From contig CAVNZM010000011.1 of assembly GCA_963693365.1 (NCBI GenBank), positions 3,329,098 through 3,393,097 on the forward strand: DNA of 64,000 nt, written 5' to 3'. A program made the translations under genes and the position numbers. Of the stretch, positions 58,824 to 64,000 are shown one piece after another (the first letter of the stretch is position 1; every line of letters starts with the position of its first letter). The notes under the pieces are model-generated. The model was not told the origin of the DNA and searched no databases. It saw only the letters and a program-made list of their open reading frames with translations. This DNA is from Amoebidium appalachense (lineage: Eukaryota > Protista > Ichthyosporea).

Positions 58824-59246
58824 GCTAAAGTACTCTGAGTCAAGACATACAATGTCTGCAGCTCAAAAAGCAAGTTTATTTGCAAGCAGCACAGGGAAAA
58901 AAGTTACAGCACACTTACGTTATTAATCTAGCGAGCACGTATCTAAGGAAAAGTCTGAGTAATCATATGTTTGAATGCTATGTGTAACACTAGTCTGCAC
59001 TGCAGCGTCGAAAATTCATGACAAGGTTGCACCATTCATGTAAAATGCATACATACTATTATATATGTGTGTGTGTGAAGGTACATATATATATATATAT
59101 ATATAGCTTTCATCGTCAAATTATTGGTGCAGTGAGAAATAAGTCGAGCAGATATTCACTCAGTGATCGCAGCTCCCATGACCATGTATGTATGTCACAT
59201 TTAGTAACTCTGAGTTTGAAGTCTTACACCAAATGCCATATTTCTA

Positions 59247-60030
59247 CTAAGCCATACTCTCGAAGCTCTGCAGCACTACGTGCACCCCATCCCCCCGTCG
59301 TAATCTCTTTGACCTCTTCACCACCGCCAGCACCACAAATGCCACCAACGCCACCAACAGCCCCCCGGCCACCATGCCCACACCCACACTGGCCCCATCC
59401 AACCCTCCATCGCTATTGGTCGGCGCACTGCGGGCCACCACGTGCACAAAGTCACATGACACATTAAAAGTCTGCAGCGGTGTGGGAGGACCAGCAAGCA
59501 TAGCCTCCATGGCCGTAGGAAAGGCGGCCTGCGTTGCAGACGGCAAGGGTGAGCTGGGGGCAAGCAGCGTGCATTCTCCAAATGTCAGGGTGTTGATGTC
59601 ACGGCACACTACTACGGGGATGGAGATTTCAACGTTCGGTGTTGGCCATGGAAAGGCAGCCTGGGTTCTACCCTGGGTGGCAGCCTGGGTGGCAGCCTGG
59701 GTGGCGGCAGGCAGGGCGGAGGTATCTGCTGGGGGTGTCTGTGTGCGTGTGAAGGGCGGCAGCACGCCGCCCACAACCACCATGTGGTCGGCACTGGCTG
59801 CGGCTGGCGGCAGGAAACGGTCGTAGGATGCCTCATGGTTGTCCACAATGACGCCACGGCGCCGGTCACTGGCAGCAGCGATCGCGGAAAGGGCCGCGGG
59901 TTTGGCGGCTGCTGCTGGGGGGCGACCCGCACGGGCAGGCTGGGCAGCAGCCGCGATGGAAGAAACGGTGTCGATGCTGCGGTGTGAGGCGGCATCGCGG
60001 CAGGCATGTGGTATATTATACCGGATATCT
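59247..60030 (-). CDS. Hypothetical single-pass membrane protein, C-terminal part or last exon
   Basis: GC-rich open frame with an Ala/Pro/Thr-rich region, a hydrophobic segment VGVGMVAGGLLVALVAFVVLAVV and basic stop-transfer KRSKRLRR; start unclear. Confidence 0.45.
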
Positions 60031-60337
60031 AGTATGGATGTACACAGGTTGAGATATACGCACACGTGTACATGTATATATACCACTGTGTTTGATCTTA
60101 GGTAGGCCAGTATGCATGTCCCCCCCAGTCTTGTGCGCATGAGCATGGAGTTAAACATATGTGCACGTGCAACTTGCAGGATTATTCATGGGAAAACAGA
60201 TATAATAGCCACATGGGACCGACACGTAGTAGAGGAACCATGAGCGTTAAGTTATAGTTTTATCATGAGAGGACTCCCATGAGCGTTAAGTTATAGTTTT
60301 ATCATGGGAAAATATGCAAGTAGCCGTGAGGTATGAC

Positions 60338-60662
60338 TGTGGAATGCATCGATAATCAAGTACTGTCACCCGATTGGCTCACTAGGTTCAAAGTTTATTG
60401 GAACCGTGATAGCCATGGGACAGAACCGTGAACCGTATGTGATTGGCTCTCGTAGCCAAAAAGCACATACCGATGCGCATGTCTGAGCCGCTGTGCGAGC
60501 TCCGATATAAGGGCATGTCGGGGGCTTCAGAGCTCACTCAGTGTGCTCGGCTTACGAGGTGTAAGTAGGACTAGCACGTAACTAAGCAAAGCGTGGTCTA
60601 GTCAACCCCGTTCATTTATAAACATATTGTTTGTCACAGACACACGATCATATTATACAACA
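60338..60662 (+). mobile_element. Possible solo LTR
   Basis: TGTGG...CAACA ends, several ATTGG, TATAAG and ATAAAC; no target-site duplication found. Confidence 0.25.
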
Positions 60663-60808
60663 GGCAGGCCTAGGGCCGCAGGGTTTGCTCTGGTCGTGGG
60701 CCATGGTGATAGTTTAGTGCAGTGTTGGAAATGGAAGGTCTGCTAAAGGTCTGTATGTATGCGATGGGATGAGCCTGATTTCGCCAATAAAGCGCAAAAG
60801 AAAGTCGT

Positions 60809-60940
60809 TTCACATCACTCACTCGTGCTTGCCTCATGCCCCCCGTGTCCGTGGAGTGCAGGCCGTCGTGCCTGCACCCAAGGGGCTGGCCGAGGCGGGG
60901 GCCGCCAGGGGGGGTCCATGCCATGAGCCCCCCCGCACCA
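60809..60940 (-). repeat. Split direct repeat B2 (element end)
   Basis: Identical to 61331-61464 except for homopolymer lengths. Confidence 0.9.
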
Positions 60941-61330
60941 GCCGGGGCTGGGCCCCGCCTCGACATGCTTTATTGCCGCTGCAATCGGGCTGTGAGCCAG
61001 TCACAGTCGCATACGTACACCGTCATGTATACAGACTTAGAGGTGGGTGGGTGGGAGCCGCCGTGTGCTAGCCACCGAAAACGCAATCGTGCTAACAAAA
61101 ACCGTACGTGCAGCACACGGCGAAAACGAAGGTGGCCTGCATCTGCAGTGTGCTGCGCCGGAAATACCGGCGCTGGTGGCGCCTGACGTCAGGCGCTGCG
61201 CCAGACCGATGTCAGCCGCCGCTGCGGCTGCGCCTGGCGCCGCGGCCCGTGACGTCATGGGCCGCCCGGCTGCCTGCGCCCGAAGTGATCCGTGAAACAT
61301 CTTTCATCTGCTGCGCATATGAAACGTACA

Positions 61331-61464
61331 TTCACATCACTCACTCGTGCTTGCCTCATGCCCCCCGTGTCCGTGGAGTGCAGGCCGTCGTGCCTGCACC
61401 CAAGGGGCTGGCCGAGGCGGGGGCCGCCAGGGGGGGGTCCATGCCATGAGCCCCCCCCGCACCA
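61331..61464 (-). repeat. Split direct repeat B1; the intervening 60941-61330 is the presumed A2 repeat
   Basis: Begins 10 bp after the recombinase stop codon. A2 carries two TGACGTCA and a minus-strand AATAAA at 60974-60969. Confidence 0.9.
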
Positions 61465-61474
61465 CAAGGCCCCC

Positions 61475-62592
61475 CTACTGCGATGTAGGGGGTCCGCCCC
61501 AAGGTCCCGTGGCGAGGCCCTGGTGTGACCAGACGGTGGCAATGGAGGCTTGCACGTCGCGGTGGGGCAGCCGGATGTAGACCATGAATGCGTCTGATGC
61601 CCAGCGGCCAAGGGCTTTGATGGTGGAGTCAGGTAGGCCCGCTCTCTCAGCTGCAGTGGCCCCCCCTATGCGCAGGCTGTGGCCGGCGTACCGGTCGGGG
61701 TCGTAGCCCGCATGGTGTAGAGCTGTGCGGAAACCGGCGATGAAGGTGCTCTTGAGGTAAGGGCTGCCGTCGACGCTGAACAGGGGTGCATCTGGGTGGA
61801 TGCCTGCCCTGGTTGACGAGACCCCCAGGAAGAGGGCTAGATTGGCTGCTGGGCAGAAGGAAGGCTCCTCCGGGAAGGCGGGCACCCGGATGGTAACACC
61901 CTTGCCCGTGGGGTCGGTCTTAGATGTCGGCAGGAAGACTGTTGCCCCAATCAGGCGGCCACCCTGCCATAGGAGCTGGACGTCGCGACGCTTGGCGTGA
62001 AGGAGGGGGTTGAACTTGGCCGCAGATTTGGACGTGAACTCGCCCGAGCGCAGGAGGCACGAGCTGCCAAGCAGCAGGGCAGCCCACAGACGCAGGGCCT
62101 CCAATGAAGAGCCCGGTTGGATGACTGGGAGGAGGGCGCGGAGGTCGGCTGGGAGGAGGGGCTCGAGCACTCGTTTGGGCCGGTGGCTGCCTTCCAGCAG
62201 CAGGAAGCGGCCAGCCCCGCGGATAAACCACTGAAGGCTCTGCTGGCCGGAGCCCGCTGGTGGTGCCATGCCCAAGCTGCGGTGCAGGCTGTTGACGGCG
62301 GAGACGATGCTGGGCATGGTCCGGGCTTGCACCGCACGCATGGCGCACCAGGCAAGGAACAGCTGCACTTGGGCTGGGCAGGCTGGCAGGTAGCCACCAT
62401 CAGGATTGCGGCAGTCCATTGCGTAGATGAAGTCGATAAACTGGCGCTGGTAGGACGAGTAGGAGGACTCCGTGCTGTCACCCACTGACAGCCGAGTGAT
62501 GGTGCGGGCCACCTCCGGGACACAGGCCAAAACCTCGGGGGTGAACCACTGGGCAAGCCTACCATGGTCGCCACCAAAGGGGAGCAAGCCAC
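61475..62592 (-). CDS. Tyrosine recombinase of the Ngaro element
   Basis: Intact R-K-H-R-W-Y set: LLRSGEF, SKTDP, GHSLRIGGAT, LGRWASDAFMVYIR. Confidence 0.93.
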
Positions 62593-62955
62593 CTGCAGGG
62601 ACAGAGCTGTGTGAGCATCATGCCTAGAGTCCCAGGGGGGGGGGGGGGGGGTAAAGGCAACGAGCGGGGTGGGCGGCAGGCAAGCGGGTGCACAGGCAGG
62701 CAAACAAGGGGGGGAGGGGGGGGAGGGGGGCGTAGCTAAAGGGCAGAGGATGCATGCAGCGCTGGCAGGGAGGGCGGGGGAAGGGGAGGGGGGGGTATGC
62801 GCGCACAAGCCGCGGTGTAGGCGTGCGTGTGTGTGCGCTAGTGTGTGGGTGTGTATGAGCATGTGTGTGTAACACCGAGGTTAAGCATGCACGATCGAAC
62901 TTCGGGGCGGTGGAGGGGGTGGCAGGTGGGGTTGGGGGGGTTGGGGGGAGGGGAA

Positions 62956-62992
<37 letters not shown>

Positions 62993-63309
62993 GACACGCC
63001 ACAAGCAGTTGGCACTGCGGGCCAGCACAGAACAAAGAGGCACACCGTGTGTACACCGTAAGACCGTCATGTATTGTCCCAAACACTCCACCGGGTGAGT
63101 GAGGGAATCCGAGCGAATTCGTGTAGTGGGGGGGGGGCCGGCCCCGGCCGCCACTGCAGAACATGAATCGTGCGATATACAAAGTGGGAAGGGGGGAAGG
63201 GGGGGTGTCGGTGCCCCCCACAGCCCACACGCCAAGCCCAATACGAAGGCAAAGGAACAGGGGAGGGGGCTCGGCCCAGCCCCATCACGAGAGAGGGGCA
63301 GCAAACCAC
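62593..63309 (-). other. Putative spliceosomal intron inside the retrotransposon
   Basis: CG|GTGGTT ... GCTCTGTCCCTGCAG|G; 717 bp with poly-C runs and CA repeats like host introns. Confidence 0.55.
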
Positions 63310-64000
63310 CGTGACCCCGCTAGCCACTCAGGCACGGGTGTTGGGACTGGTGCGTGCCACGGGTGCAGCCGGTCGAAAGTGGCCCACTGTGCCCGCGAGA
63401 TGGCATCCGCAATCGAGTTTTCCACGCCAGGGATGTGCTTGGCCGAGACCAGCACCGTGTAGCGCATTTCCATCAGCGTGATGAGACGCAGCACCCGGGC
63501 AATGGCAGGGACGGGGGAGTGACGGGACGCGATCGTAGATACTGCACCGTCGTTATCGGTGAGCACGCGTATGTGGCTGTTGCGACAGCTGGGACCCCAA
63601 CAGGCCAGGGCCACGGCAATGCCAGCCAGCTCAAACAGCACGGAAGCCCACACATCTCCGCCAGCAATGACCGTGCGCCAATGGTCCGTCCATGCTAGGT
63701 GAAACCACGCTTGACCCCAGTAGCCACCGCATCCTATGCTGCCGGCCGCATCTGTGGTGAACATGTGATGCACGGGGGGGGGTAAGCACACGTATGCCGT
63801 TCCACTCGGGGAGGAACTCCGACCACAGCACAACGTCGGCTCGTGCGTCGGCGCAGACACGGATGTGGTGGTGGGGCCCTAGGCCGGCCCTCTCAGCCTC
63901 CGCCAGCAGATGAAGCAAGCGTTGAAGAAAGGCACGGGCACGCCCCAGCGCCACAACCTGAGCACACCACATGAGCTTGCCGCACAGGGACCGTAGGTCT
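63285..64000 (-). CDS. Reverse transcriptase C-terminus and RNase H of the Ngaro element (partial)
   Basis: LRSLCGKLMW...WSEFLPEWNG, then TTDAAG, FELAGI, TDND, HIPGVENSIADAISR; one frameshift at the G9 run 63774-63782, probably a homopolymer error. Confidence 0.9.

Larger units (their letters stand above)
60809..64000 (-). mobile_element. Ngaro-type (DIRS superfamily) tyrosine-recombinase retrotransposon, 3' part
   Basis: RT C-terminus, RNase H and tyrosine recombinase in order, with no methyltransferase domain between RH and YR; terminal B1-A2-B2 split direct repeat arrangement. Confidence 0.92.

Overview
Eukaryotic genomic DNA, probably from a unicellular opisthokont or holozoan (inferred from gene content only). 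Introns are filled with poly-C/poly-G runs and (CA)/(GT) microsatellites, which generate most of the spurious ORFs in the supplied track. Manual GT-AG splicing recovers five spliced genes: the 5' part of an ATP9/Neo1 P4-ATPase (-), a HIRIP3-like DEK-C/CHZ-type histone chaperone (-), MBF1/EDF1 (+), a large secreted PA14/Calx-beta-like/VWD/EGF/SdrD-B mosaic protein (+) and SAE1/Aos1 (-). Two intronless genes follow: a Cys2/MetX-family O-acyltransferase (-) and a SOX/HBP1/CIC-type HMG-box factor (+). Mobile DNA includes a 5'-truncated LINE, a chromodomain Ty3/Gypsy remnant with its 3' LTR, and the 3' part of an Ngaro-type tyrosine-recombinase retrotransposon with split direct repeats. The most notable observations are: (1) an abundant short intronic element with a tRNA-like head and a poly(C) tail, always sense to the host gene; (2) a host-style intron-like segment inside the Ngaro element, bounded by a direct repeat and placing an acceptor in front of an ATG-less recombinase ORF; (3) U-poor, C/A-rich 3' splice sites and tandemly duplicated splice sites; (4) the mosaic adhesion protein; (5) two long hairpins flanking the HMG gene. 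Homopolymer assembly errors are likely throughout, and all family assignments come from motif recognition, not database searches.
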